From: Candidatus Microgenomates bacterium | Lineage (GTDB): Bacteria; Patescibacteriota; JACPGU01 | Reading direction: 5' to 3' | Length of the DNA: 64,000 bases | Assembly: GCA_016188915.1 (NCBI GenBank) | Contig: JACPGU010000002.1 | Coordinates: 241,211-305,210, forward strand | Shown: piece after piece, positions 47,122 through 56,702 of the stretch | How positions within the stretch are numbered: the first letter of the stretch is position 1 | Layout: the number at the start of each line of letters is the position of its first letter | The notes under the pieces: model-generated | Seen by the model: only the letters and a program-made list of their open reading frames with translations | Database searches by the model: none | Told to the model about the DNA's origin: nothing | Translations under genes and position numbers: made by a program

Positions 47122-48921
47122 ATGCACACCAAAACTAGGAGACAAAAAACAAAACAAGGGTTCAAAGTCTTTTTCAAAATAATCGCCGAATACAAAGGGG
47201 CGGTGATTTTTTTTGCTATTTTTGGCGTTCTATCTTCTATTATAAACGGTGCTATGCCGTATATTTCAGGTAAGCTTTTTGACAGTATCTTGGATTTTGA
47301 CTCTACTGTGGCTATTTTTGGTTCTCACTACCACATTTGGGCGGTGATGTTGGCCTTTTGGCTTTTGGCTCAGGTGATTCTTCGAATTATTGATTCCATC
47401 TCTTCTAGGAAAAGAGAGATTTTCGCCAGAGACCTAGAGGCCAATTATATGCTCAAAGCAATCAAAAAACTCTCACATTTGCCCCTCTCGTTTTTTAAAC
47501 AAAATAAATTAGGAGAGACACTGCGACGCGTCAATTCCGCCTCTGATCGACTGGAATCGGCCATGAATATGATTTTTGATATAGCGCCGGATATTTTGAG
47601 TATCATTTTTGGCTTCATTTTTGTCTTTGCTATCAATTATACTTTTGGCCTTATTATGCTTTTGGTGGTGATTCTTTATGCCCTAGTGGTTTTTTACACA
47701 TTAGCGCCAGCCAGCCAATTGCGACACGCTATTTTCAAAAAATATGATATTGCCTATGGCAATTTTTATGACGCGATGGGCAATATCAAAATAGTGAAGC
47801 AGTCAGGGCAGGAAGAATATGAAGAAAAAAGATTCCGACACATCGTTGATCAAGCCAGAGGAATGTACAGAAAAGTGGTTAATCTCCATGAGAGGGTCAA
47901 CCTTTTTCAAAAATTTTCCATTGTGGTCATGCAATTTTCTGTTTTTTTCATTTCTGTTTACGCCATTCACCGTGGACAAATTAGCATTGGCGATTTGTTT
48001 GCTGTCAATGGCTATACGGCAATGATTTTGGGACCCTTTACCCAAATGAGTCGCTGGTGGAACTGGTTGTCTGATTGTCTGGTTTCACTAGTACGAGTGG
48101 AAAAAATTTTTGGCCATAAAGATGAAGAATATTTCCCCTTTGATTCTGAAAAGATTAACAAAATTTCTGGCAATATTAGTTTTCGTAATGTTTCTTTCTC
48201 CTACATTGGAGGCAATGACGAAGAGAAGAAAAAAGACAAAACCGATGTTTTGAAGGGTGTTAGCTTCGAAATAAAAAAAGGCCAAACAGTGGCGCTGGTC
48301 GGTAAATCGGGCGTGGGCAAGACGACCATTGCCGATCTCGTTTCCGGATTTTATTTTCCGCAAAAAGGGAAAATTTTGGTTGACGGCCATGATACGCGAT
48401 CTCTCCCTCTACATCTTTTGCGCAAAAATATTGCCGTAGTTTCGCAAGATATTGTTATTTTTAACGAAAGTATCAAATACAATATCCGCTATGGGCAACT
48501 AGGTATTGACGAAAGAGGGGTCATTTCTGCCGCCAAAGAAGCTGGCGCGCACGAATTCATCAAAGGTTTCAAGAAAAAATATAATCAGTTGGTGGGTGAG
48601 CGCGGAGTAAAGCTTTCCGGGGGTCAAAGGCAGAGGATAGCGATTGCGCAGGCGATTTTGAAAAACGCGCAAGTTCTAATCCTTGACGAGCCGACTTCGG
48701 CGCTGGACGCGCAAACCGAAAATATCGTCACCAAATCTCTGGAAAAATTGATGAAAGGCAAAACCACTATTATTATCGCGCATCGGTTGGCCACGGTCAG
48801 AAAAGCGGACAAAATAATCGTGCTGGAAAAAGGTAGAGTGGTAGAAGAGGGCAAGCATATTGATTTGATCAAAAAAAGAAACGGCGCCTATCGGAAATTT
48901 TACGAACTGCAAAAATTATAG
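47122..48921 (+). CDS. ABC exporter, fused TMD-NBD (MsbA/MdlB-like)
   Basis: 6-TM domain, GKSGVGKT, LSGGQRQR, LDEPTSALD, AHRL; start MHTKT inferred. Confidence 0.93.
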   Translation: MHTKTRRQKTKQGFKVFFKIIAEYKGAVIFFAIFGVLSSIINGAMPYISGKLFDSILDFDSTVAIFGSHYHIWAVMLAFWLLAQVILRIIDSISSRKREIFARDLEANYMLKAIKKLSHLPLSFFKQNKLGETLRRVNSASDRLESAMNMIFDIAPDILSIIFGFIFVFAINYTFGLIMLLVVILYALVVFYTLAPASQLRHAIFKKYDIAYGNFYDAMGNIKIVKQSGQEEYEEKRFRHIVDQARGMYRKVVNLHERVNLFQKFSIVVMQFSVFFISVYAIHRGQISIGDLFAVNGYTAMILGPFTQMSRWWNWLSDCLVSLVRVEKIFGHKDEEYFPFDSEKINKISGNISFRNVSFSYIGGNDEEKKKDKTDVLKGVSFEIKKGQTVALVGKSGVGKTTIADLVSGFYFPQKGKILVDGHDTRSLPLHLLRKNIAVVSQDIVIFNESIKYNIRYGQLGIDERGVISAAKEAGAHEFIKGFKKKYNQLVGERGVKLSGGQRQRIAIAQAILKNAQVLILDEPTSALDAQTENIVTKSLEKLMKGKTTIIIAHRLATVRKADKIIVLEKGRVVEEGKHIDLIKKRNGAYRKFYELQKL

Positions 48922-49071
48922 ACGCGAAGCGTTACGGGCAGGTAGCAATGCGGGCAGGGACGTCGGACATCTTTGCGAAGGAAGTTAGGTGCGTAAGCCC
49001 TATAATGAACCGCTTAATTTTTGTGTTATAATGATTCGTGTGATTAGTTTCTGAATTAGTGCTATTAGTGT

Positions 49072-50652
49072 ATGAAAAATGTTATAGATAAAATTTCACA
49101 AGTGGGTAGGAACGCGGCGGTAATTGCCGCTACTTCTTTGGTATCTCGTCTTTTGGGGATTTTCCGTGATCGTGTTCTGGCTTCTGAATTCGGCGCAGGA
49201 TCTGTTTTGGATAGTTATTACGCCGCTTTTCGTATCCCTGATTTTGTCTTCAATCTAATTATTTTGGGTGCTTTGTCAGCAGCTCTTATTCCTATATTTT
49301 CTTCTCTTCTTTTCAAAAACAAAGAAAAGGCTTGGCAGGTAGTAAACAATTTCGCCTCAATTTCTTTTGTTTTTATGGCGGCTGTTTTGCTTGTGCTATT
49401 TTTTGCTACTCCTTGGCTGGTCAAAATAATGGCACCAGGGTTTGAAAAAGAAGCTTTTGCTATGACAGTATCTATGACACGAGTGATGTTGCTCTCTCCT
49501 ATCTTTTTTGCTCTTTCCTCTATCGTCGGTGGTGTGCTGAATTCTTTCGGTCGATTTTTTGCTTATTCTATTGCCCCGATTATTTACAATATCGGCATTA
49601 TCTGCGGAGCGCTATATCTGGTGCCCACTTTCGGTCCGGCGGGTTTGGCCTGGGGAGTAATTGCCGGCGCGGCCGGTCATCTGTTGATTCAGCTACCGAC
49701 CTTTTTCTCTTCTGGCTTTCGTTTCCGCCCTAGTTTCAATCTCAAGGACCCTTATTTCAAAAAAATCTTGATTCTGATGCTACCGGTAACGTTGGGTTTG
49801 GCACTGATGCAGATAAATCTTTTTGTGGATAGTTTTTTCGGGTCTCTTTTGGAGGAAGGCAGTATCGCTATCATTAATTTTTCAACCAATATTGTCAGTT
49901 TGCCAGTTGGACTAGTGGGAATTTCAGTTGCCGTTTCCATATTTCCGCTTTTGGCCTATGCTTATACAGAAAAAAAAGAAGCTCTTTTTTCTTTCCATTT
50001 CACTGGCGCTTTCAATCTGATGGTTTATCTTTTGATTCCGGCGATGGTTTTTACCGTTTTGTTTCGCGCCTATATCGTTCGTTTGCTTTTGGGGGCCGGG
50101 CTTTTTGATGTTTCCGACACAGTTTGGACTAGTCGCGCCTTGGGATATTTGTCTTTGAGCATCGTGGCGCAAGGGATGATTCCTTTTTTGGTTCGCGCTT
50201 TTTATGCTATTGGAGACACGAAAACACCGGTCAAAATAACTTTTGTGGCGGTTTTTATTAATATTTTATGCAGTATTATTTTTACTATGATAATTCCTTT
50301 CCGCGTGGTGGGGCTAGCTCTAGCGGCCAGTATAGCGGCCTTTGTCAATTTCTTTTTCCTTTTGCTTGCCATAAGGAAGCGTTTTGGGCATATTGATTTC
50401 GTCGCTATTTTAGGGCCGACCGGGAAATATATGCTTTTTAGTTTAGCGGCTGGTTTTGTCGCCTATCGCACTCTTTATTGGGTGGAGCCGTATATTGATA
50501 CAGCGATGACTCTCGGGCTTTTTCTTCAAACGATGATAGCCGGACTAGCGGCTGTTGCCATTTACATTATTTTAAGCATTATTTTCAAAGTACCTGAAGC
50601 AGAAAGATTAGTCTCCGGCGCTAGGAGAGCATTGAGGGTGGTTAGAAGATAA
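49072..50652 (+). CDS. murJ: Lipid II flippase MurJ
   Basis: SRLLG..RD, DSYYAAFRIPD, GALSAALIP, RAFYA..DTKTP. Confidence 0.96.
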   Translation: MKNVIDKISQVGRNAAVIAATSLVSRLLGIFRDRVLASEFGAGSVLDSYYAAFRIPDFVFNLIILGALSAALIPIFSSLLFKNKEKAWQVVNNFASISFVFMAAVLLVLFFATPWLVKIMAPGFEKEAFAMTVSMTRVMLLSPIFFALSSIVGGVLNSFGRFFAYSIAPIIYNIGIICGALYLVPTFGPAGLAWGVIAGAAGHLLIQLPTFFSSGFRFRPSFNLKDPYFKKILILMLPVTLGLALMQINLFVDSFFGSLLEEGSIAIINFSTNIVSLPVGLVGISVAVSIFPLLAYAYTEKKEALFSFHFTGAFNLMVYLLIPAMVFTVLFRAYIVRLLLGAGLFDVSDTVWTSRALGYLSLSIVAQGMIPFLVRAFYAIGDTKTPVKITFVAVFINILCSIIFTMIIPFRVVGLALAASIAAFVNFFFLLLAIRKRFGHIDFVAILGPTGKYMLFSLAAGFVAYRTLYWVEPYIDTAMTLGLFLQTMIAGLAAVAIYIILSIIFKVPEAERLVSGARRALRVVRR

Positions 50653-50733
50653 AATTTAGTTTATTGATGTTACAAAAAAGAAACTTTGTGGCGACTCTCG
50701 ACCGTGATTTTTTGATAGTCGAATCGCCGAGCG

Positions 50734-52521
50734 TTATTTTTTCATCAAATCCAAGAAAACTGAAGGTGGCACGTGGACTTTGCCGAGAGCCTTCATCTTC
50801 TTTTTACCTTCTTTTTGCTTTTTGAGTAATTTGTCCTTGCGCGTTCTGTCGCCCCCATAAAGATAACCCGTCACGTCTTTTTTCATCGCGGAAATTGTCT
50901 CGCGCGCCAAGACTTTTGAGCCTATCGCTGCCTGAATGGCAATCTCAAACATTTGGCGAGGTATCAGCTCTTTTAATTTTTTGACAATGGCAGATCCCTC
51001 TTTTTGGGCTTCGTTTTTGTCTACGATGCGGCTTAATGTGTCCACTCTTTCATTAGCTAATAATATGTCTATCTTGACCAAGTTGCCAGATCTTATGCCT
51101 AAATGCTCGTAGTTTAGGGAAGCGTAGCCAGAAGAGACAGACTTCAAATCATCATAAAAATCTTTGACCATTACCGCCAGAGGTAATTCGTATTTGATCA
51201 AAGCCTTGGTCTCGTCCAAATAGCTGACATCTTTATAGATACCACGATAGCGGCCCAACATTTCCATCACATTGCCCACTTGCGTCTTGGGCAACAAAAT
51301 TTCAGTAGTTACCCATGGCTCTCGAATTTCGGCAATCGCGGAGGGATCAGGAAATTCAGCGGGGTTGGAGGTGAAAATTGTTTCTTTGTTAGTTTTGACT
51401 ATTTCATAGCCTACGGTCGGGCTAGTAACAACTAGTTCAAGAGAAGATTCTCTTTCCAAGCGTTCTTTGACAATGTCCAAATGAAGCATTCCCAAAAAAC
51501 CGCAACGAAAACCCAGCCCTAAGGCAGGAGATTTCTCTGGTACAAAAGAAAGAGAAGAATCATTCATTTTGAGCTTACTGATGCCGTCGCGCAGTTTGCC
51601 ATAATCATTGGAGTCTGCCGGATAGACACCGGCAAAAACGGTAGGCTTTACTTTTTGATAGCCCAACAAAGCTTTGGTGGACATCTTGTCTTTTTCTAGC
51701 GCTATGGTGTCACCAACTGAAGCCAAGGAAATGTCTTTTAACGAGGTGACGATATAGCCAATTTCACCGCAAGAAAGAGCTTCTGTTCTTTGCATTTTTG
51801 GAGTAAAGTGTCCAATCTCCAAGGCTTCAGTTTTTTTGTCGGCAGCCATCATAGTAATAATATCTTTGTTTTTAAGAGAGCCGTCAAATATTCTAATGTA
51901 GGTGATGACTCCGCGGTAGGAATCATAATTGGCATCAAAAATCAGCGCGCGCAATGGGCCGTCAATTTTGCCTTGAGGAGGAGGGGTTTTTTCTATAATA
52001 GCTTCCAGGATAGACTCTACATTTTCTCCAGTTTTAGCAGAGACATAGAGCATTTCTTCTTTTTTGAAGCCAAAGGTAGCAATCAATTCACCGGCTACTT
52101 TTTCTCTGTCTGCGGCCGGCAAATCTATTTTATTAATGACTGGGATTAATTTTAATCCTTGTTCTTGGGCAAGGCTTGCTACTGCCAAAGTTTGCGCTTG
52201 GATGCCTTGCGCCGCGTCTACAACTAATAGTGCGCCTTCAACGGCGGCCAGTGATCTAGAAACTTCATAGGAAAAATCCACGTGTCCGGGAGTATCAATC
52301 AAATTCAGGGTATAGCGTTCAGCGTTTAGCGTATAGGACATGCGAACCGGTTGCAATTTTATCGTAATACCGCGCTCTCTCTCCAAGTCCATACTGTCCA
52401 AAACTTGATTAGTCATTTCTCTTTTTGACACTGTTTTTGTCAATTCCAAAAGACGGTCAGCCAAGGTTGACTTCCCGTGATCAATGTGAGCAATAATGCA
52501 AAAATTACGAATGTTTTTCAT
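50734..52521 (-). CDS. lepA: Elongation factor 4
   Basis: IRNFCIIAHIDHGKSTLADRL, GFRCGFLGMLH, IPRQMF, YGGD.TRK.KLL.KQK.GKK.MK. Confidence 0.98.
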   Translation of the reverse strand: MKNIRNFCIIAHIDHGKSTLADRLLELTKTVSKREMTNQVLDSMDLERERGITIKLQPVRMSYTLNAERYTLNLIDTPGHVDFSYEVSRSLAAVEGALLVVDAAQGIQAQTLAVASLAQEQGLKLIPVINKIDLPAADREKVAGELIATFGFKKEEMLYVSAKTGENVESILEAIIEKTPPPQGKIDGPLRALIFDANYDSYRGVITYIRIFDGSLKNKDIITMMAADKKTEALEIGHFTPKMQRTEALSCGEIGYIVTSLKDISLASVGDTIALEKDKMSTKALLGYQKVKPTVFAGVYPADSNDYGKLRDGISKLKMNDSSLSFVPEKSPALGLGFRCGFLGMLHLDIVKERLERESSLELVVTSPTVGYEIVKTNKETIFTSNPAEFPDPSAIAEIREPWVTTEILLPKTQVGNVMEMLGRYRGIYKDVSYLDETKALIKYELPLAVMVKDFYDDLKSVSSGYASLNYEHLGIRSGNLVKIDILLANERVDTLSRIVDKNEAQKEGSAIVKKLKELIPRQMFEIAIQAAIGSKVLARETISAMKKDVTGYLYGGDRTRKDKLLKKQKEGKKKMKALGKVHVPPSVFLDLMKK

Positions 52522-53594
52522 ACGAGATCGACCCTTTTTCTATTTTTTGCCAATGCAGAAATAACTCCCATACTAATAGTCAAAAATATCAGCAGAGAAA
52601 TAATGGCTATCAGTTTGAGTTGTGTATTAAGAGTCAAAGCGATAGCGCCAAAAGCAGCTGTTATTAACCAAAAAATAATCACGATGAAGCGTCTAGACAA
52701 TCCCAAATCTAATAATTTATGATGCAGATGATCTCTATCGGCTGTCCAAGGTGCTTTGCCATTTATCGCGCGAGAAAATACTACCCATAGTCCGTCAAAT
52801 ATTGGTAGGCCCAGAACGAGTAAAGCAGTAGCTATTTTACTGCCGGTGATAATAGCCAAAACTGCCAAAACTAGCCCCAGGAATTGGCTGCCGACATCTC
52901 CCATAAAAATTTTGGCCGGGTTAAGATTCCAGGGCAAAAATCCTAAAATAGCGCCACAAGCAATAAGAGCGATAATGGCAGACAAAGGCTGTTCAACCGC
53001 GGGGCTGATGCTTAAAAGATAGATAATAAAAAAAGCAATGGCAGAAACACCGCCGGCCAGCCCGTCTAGCCCGTCCAAAAAATTGACAATATTAATCATC
53101 CCTATGATCCAAAGTAGCGCCAAAAGGTCAGCCCAAAGGGTGAGGTGATAGATAGCGCCGGCAATCTCTAGGGGAATCTGAATTTGTCCCAAATAAAAAA
53201 AACCGCCCAAAGGATTAGTGATATATTTGACTCCGATTCCAGATAAAATAATAATAACAGCGGCGATTATCTGAAAAATAATTTTTTCCCCAGGAGCAAG
53301 ACGTTTGCGGTCATCGATCGTACTGGCGACAAAAAGTAGAAGACTACTTAAAAAAAGGCCGATTAGATATTTTAGATAAAAACCGGAAGTATTATTGATC
53401 AAAACAAAGGCTAGGACAACCAACCAAAAAGCTACAAAAAAAGCAATCCCACCAGTATTAGGAACGGGGATATGGTGAATTTTTCTAGGTTCGGAAGCGT
53501 AATCAAAAAACTTTTTTTTCAAGGCTATTTTCCAAGACAAAATCGTTAACCCAAAAGAAAGAAAAAGTGTGGCTAGAAAAAAGTATAATGCCAT
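52518..53594 (-). CDS. MraY/WecA/TagO-family undecaprenyl-phosphate GlcNAc-1-phosphate transferase
   Basis: RKIH..P.P..GG, DD, N..DGLDGL, N..PAKIFMGD.G, DRDHLHH. Confidence 0.92.
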   Translation of the reverse strand: MALYFFLATLFLSFGLTILSWKIALKKKFFDYASEPRKIHHIPVPNTGGIAFFVAFWLVVLAFVLINNTSGFYLKYLIGLFLSSLLLFVASTIDDRKRLAPGEKIIFQIIAAVIIILSGIGVKYITNPLGGFFYLGQIQIPLEIAGAIYHLTLWADLLALLWIIGMINIVNFLDGLDGLAGGVSAIAFFIIYLLSISPAVEQPLSAIIALIACGAILGFLPWNLNPAKIFMGDVGSQFLGLVLAVLAIITGSKIATALLVLGLPIFDGLWVVFSRAINGKAPWTADRDHLHHKLLDLGLSRRFIVIIFWLITAAFGAIALTLNTQLKLIAIISLLIFLTISMGVISALAKNRKRVDLV

Positions 53595-53694
53595 AGTAAA
53601 ATGATGATTAAGAAAATAAGAAATTAAGAAAATAACATTCGTTATTTTTTAGCTAAAATTCTACCTTTAATTATTAACTGTTAATTATTATCGT

Positions 53695-54510
53695 ATGGAA
53701 AATAAAAACAAAATATTTTTGGTCGCTGGTATCCTGGGGGTATTACTTCTCTTGGTAATTATTATACCTTCATTTACTGGTAAAAATAAAGGAGGAACTG
53801 AACAGATAGTGACGAGCATTATTTTGGCCAAATCTGTGAGTGAGGCAGGTGTGGCTACTGGTCAGACGGATATTTTTTCTACGGAAGACCCAGGGATTTA
53901 CGCCTTGGTTTCTCTTAATGCTTTGCCAGCCAAATCCAATGTAGAATACCAATGGTATTATGCCAGTGGTCGTAGTGTGCAATATTCGGAGAAAAAGAAA
54001 CCGGAAAAAGATTACACCGGTAAAAGTCGCGCTGTTTTTCCCAAGACAGAGAAAAGCTTTATTAGTGGCGATTATGAATTTCGTATTTTAATTAGCAATC
54101 AATTAGTCGGTAAAAAATCTTTTGTAATCAAAACGCCAAATGAATTGAAAAAAGATTACCGTTTGACGGTCATTACTGATGCGCAACTGGTAGAAAAAGT
54201 TTCCTTAAGCGGTGTGCCTGGCAGTATCGGCAAGGATGTATTCGCGGCTGATACCGCCAATATTTATGCCGCTATTAGTTTTTCTGGTGCCAGTAGCAAT
54301 GTTTTTGAGGCTCAATGGGTATATCTGCCAGAGAATAAGATTTTCAAAACTTATAAAAAAACTATTACTGGCAATGGTACTTTTGCTGTACCGCTGGAAG
54401 CCAAAAAAGATTCTTGGTTGCCGGTTGCTTCTTGGGCCAAGGGCAAATATTCTTTGAAAATCACTTTGGACGACGATTTGGTGCGAGAATTATTTTTTGA
54501 GATCCAATAA
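53695..54510 (+). CDS. Membrane-anchored protein with two tandem Ig-like repeats
   Basis: N-terminal TM; two copies of D.F...(P/A).IYA.....QW.Y....G.Y...I......F.I. Confidence 0.6.
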   Translation: MENKNKIFLVAGILGVLLLLVIIIPSFTGKNKGGTEQIVTSIILAKSVSEAGVATGQTDIFSTEDPGIYALVSLNALPAKSNVEYQWYYASGRSVQYSEKKKPEKDYTGKSRAVFPKTEKSFISGDYEFRILISNQLVGKKSFVIKTPNELKKDYRLTVITDAQLVEKVSLSGVPGSIGKDVFAADTANIYAAISFSGASSNVFEAQWVYLPENKIFKTYKKTITGNGTFAVPLEAKKDSWLPVASWAKGKYSLKITLDDDLVRELFFEIQ

Positions 54511-54517
54511 TATCTAA

Positions 54518-54561
54518 TGATTTTAAAAATACCCCGCAAAAGCGGGGTATTTTTAAAATCA
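54518..54561. terminator. Bidirectional terminator
   Basis: TGATTTTAAAAATACCCCGC-AAAA-GCGGGGTATTTTTAAAATCA between convergent genes. Confidence 0.8.
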
Positions 54562-55101
54562 TGCTCTATACAGCTCTTCCTCGGAAAACCAAATATTTAA
54601 TTCTCTTTGAGCCTCTAAAATATCTGAAGAAGCATGGACAATATTTGTGATTGGACGATTATTTTGATCGGCAAGACGATAAGTGTCCAGAGAATAATCT
54701 CCGCGAATAGTGCCAGGAGCGGCCGCGGCCGGTTCGGTAGCACCGACTAATTTTCTTACTGTAGAGATGGCATTATGCCCTTGAGCGGCAACGGCAACAA
54801 TCGGACCGGAAGATATAAAATCCATTAATTGCTGACGCACCATTTGCCCATGCTCTAATTCGGTTTTATCAAAAGGCAATCCTTTCTCTTCGTAATTTTT
54901 TTTAGTTTTCTCTCCCATGGATTTGAGCCATTCTTCATTATCGGCATAATGCTGTCCGGCTTTTTTACTGTCTGGCCAGACCATTTTTAATCCGATAATA
55001 TCCAGGCCTACTTTTTCCAGCCTGCTCAAAACATCGCCGATTATTTTTTTCTTTACGCCGTCAGGTTTTAGCAAAATAAGAGTGACCTCGGTGTTCTCCA
55101 T
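54559..55101 (-). CDS. ndk: Nucleoside diphosphate kinase (long-insert type)
   Basis: TLILLKPDGV, HY, SGP, G.T.P..A.PGTIRGDY, NIVHAS. Confidence 0.95.
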   Translation of the reverse strand: MENTEVTLILLKPDGVKKKIIGDVLSRLEKVGLDIIGLKMVWPDSKKAGQHYADNEEWLKSMGEKTKKNYEEKGLPFDKTELEHGQMVRQQLMDFISSGPIVAVAAQGHNAISTVRKLVGATEPAAAAPGTIRGDYSLDTYRLADQNNRPITNIVHASSDILEAQRELNIWFSEEELYRA

Positions 55102-55102
55102 G

Positions 55103-56392
55103 TTAGAATTTGATTAATTTTAGTAATTCCGCTTGGGTTTTTTCTTTGTTCAGCGGTCCAACGACAGCAAGATTGCAATTTTCTGAACGGAATATTTCTC
55201 GCGCTATTTTTTTTAAATCTTGATTGGTGACAGAGCGAATTTTTTTCAAATAATCATCCGGCATTTGGATTTTTCCTTCCAAGAGTTCGCTGGTTCCTAG
55301 ATTCCCAGCAATGAAATTAGAGCTTTCCATGGCCAATTTCAGACTACCCACATTATTTTCTTTGGCCATTTCTATTTCTTGTTTGGAAAAGCCATATTTT
55401 TTGGCGTGGCGTAAAATATCCATGATAGCCCGAAAGGCTTTGATGGTTTTTTCGGGAGCAAAGCCACCATTGATGCAAAAAAGACCAGTATCAAAATAAT
55501 TCCAGACGCTAGCATTGACCGAATAGGCTAGTCCTCTTTTTTCCCTGATTTCTGTAAAAAGCTTCGAGCTCATATAGCCACCCAGGATATCGGCCAAGAC
55601 CGCTCGCGTGTATTTACGACGGTCTTCTGTCAGGTAGCCGAACGAATGAAAACCGAGACGCATTTTGGCTTGTTCCCATTTTTTTTCGTGGACTAAAACG
55701 CGAGGAATAATTTGAGAAATACTGATTTTTTTCTGTTTTTCTTTAGTTTGTCCGTGCAATGAGCCAAACATTTTAACAGCCATTTTTTTTGTTTTTTCTT
55801 CTTTGATATTACCACAAATAGAAATGACGGTATTATTCGGATTGTAGAGACGGCGGTAGAAATCAAGGATTTTTTGTCTGTTAATGGCAGAAACAGTTTT
55901 TTCATTGCCGATAACAGGTCGACCCAGTGAAGTATCGCCGTAAACTAATTCTTGGAAAATATCGTTGGTAAAAGAGCCCGGTCTATCGCGGTGCATTTTC
56001 ATTTCTTCCAAAATAACGCCTTTTTCTTTTTTTATTTCTTTAGGCAAAAGCAAAGAGGAGGACAACATGTCGGACAAAATATCAAGCGCCAAGGTTAATT
56101 TATCTGCCGGTAAATAAATCCAGTAAATAGTTATCTCCTCCGAAGTAGAAGCATTCCAGTGACCGCCGACTCCATCGATTTCTCTAGAGATATCCAGAGC
56201 GGTCGGTCTTTTCTTCGTGCCCTTGAAGGCCATATGCTCCAAGAAATGGGCAATGCCGGAAATCTCCGGTGTCTCATATCTGGAGCCGGCGCCGAACATC
56301 ACTTGCACCGAAACAGCATCCGTTTCTTTCATCGGAGAAGTAATCAGGCGGAGGCCGTTGGGCAATTTGGTTTTAGTGAATTTTAATTTCAT
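55103..56392 (-). CDS. M16 family zinc peptidase
   Basis: LPNGL, GIAHFLEHMAFKGT, EKGVILEE, SS.LF.EIREKRGLAY; start MKLKF. Confidence 0.94.
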   Translation of the reverse strand: MKLKFTKTKLPNGLRLITSPMKETDAVSVQVMFGAGSRYETPEISGIAHFLEHMAFKGTKKRPTALDISREIDGVGGHWNASTSEEITIYWIYLPADKLTLALDILSDMLSSSLLLPKEIKKEKGVILEEMKMHRDRPGSFTNDIFQELVYGDTSLGRPVIGNEKTVSAINRQKILDFYRRLYNPNNTVISICGNIKEEKTKKMAVKMFGSLHGQTKEKQKKISISQIIPRVLVHEKKWEQAKMRLGFHSFGYLTEDRRKYTRAVLADILGGYMSSKLFTEIREKRGLAYSVNASVWNYFDTGLFCINGGFAPEKTIKAFRAIMDILRHAKKYGFSKQEIEMAKENNVGSLKLAMESSNFIAGNLGTSELLEGKIQMPDDYLKKIRSVTNQDLKKIAREIFRSENCNLAVVGPLNKEKTQAELLKLIKF

Positions 56393-56403
56393 GGATTCAT
56401 GAC

Positions 56404-56572
56404 TTAAGTAGCCTCTGATAAACAATTGATTTGCTAAAAATTGATCTTTTTTGTTAAAATTTTTGAAAAAATTTATCACTTAGCTTAGGCTAAACTCAAA
56501 ATTTTGTTCAAAAATTTTATCTAAAAAATCTCTAATTTTATATCTAAATATTGTTTATCAGAGGTTACTTAA
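56404..56572. mobile_element. MITE-like element, 169 bp
   Basis: 23-bp terminal inverted repeats, 22/23 identical: TTAAGTAGCCTCTGATAAACAAT / ATTGTTTATCAGAGGTTACTTAA; AT-rich non-coding interior. Confidence 0.6.
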
Positions 56573-56702
56573 CAATGATAGACCCAAAGAGCATAACACG
56601 GATAGAATTTCTTTTGTAGCCCCTTTCTCTTTACTTAAATCGCAGATGTCGTACAATACTCCTATCCATACTTCATGCCTCATAATTCATGCTTCATCAC
56701 CT

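Noticed and set aside
48925-49012. SRP or 6S RNA candidate
   Set aside because: No conserved SRP domain IV context; it reads as fragments of GCGGGCAGG and GACGTCGG repeat families
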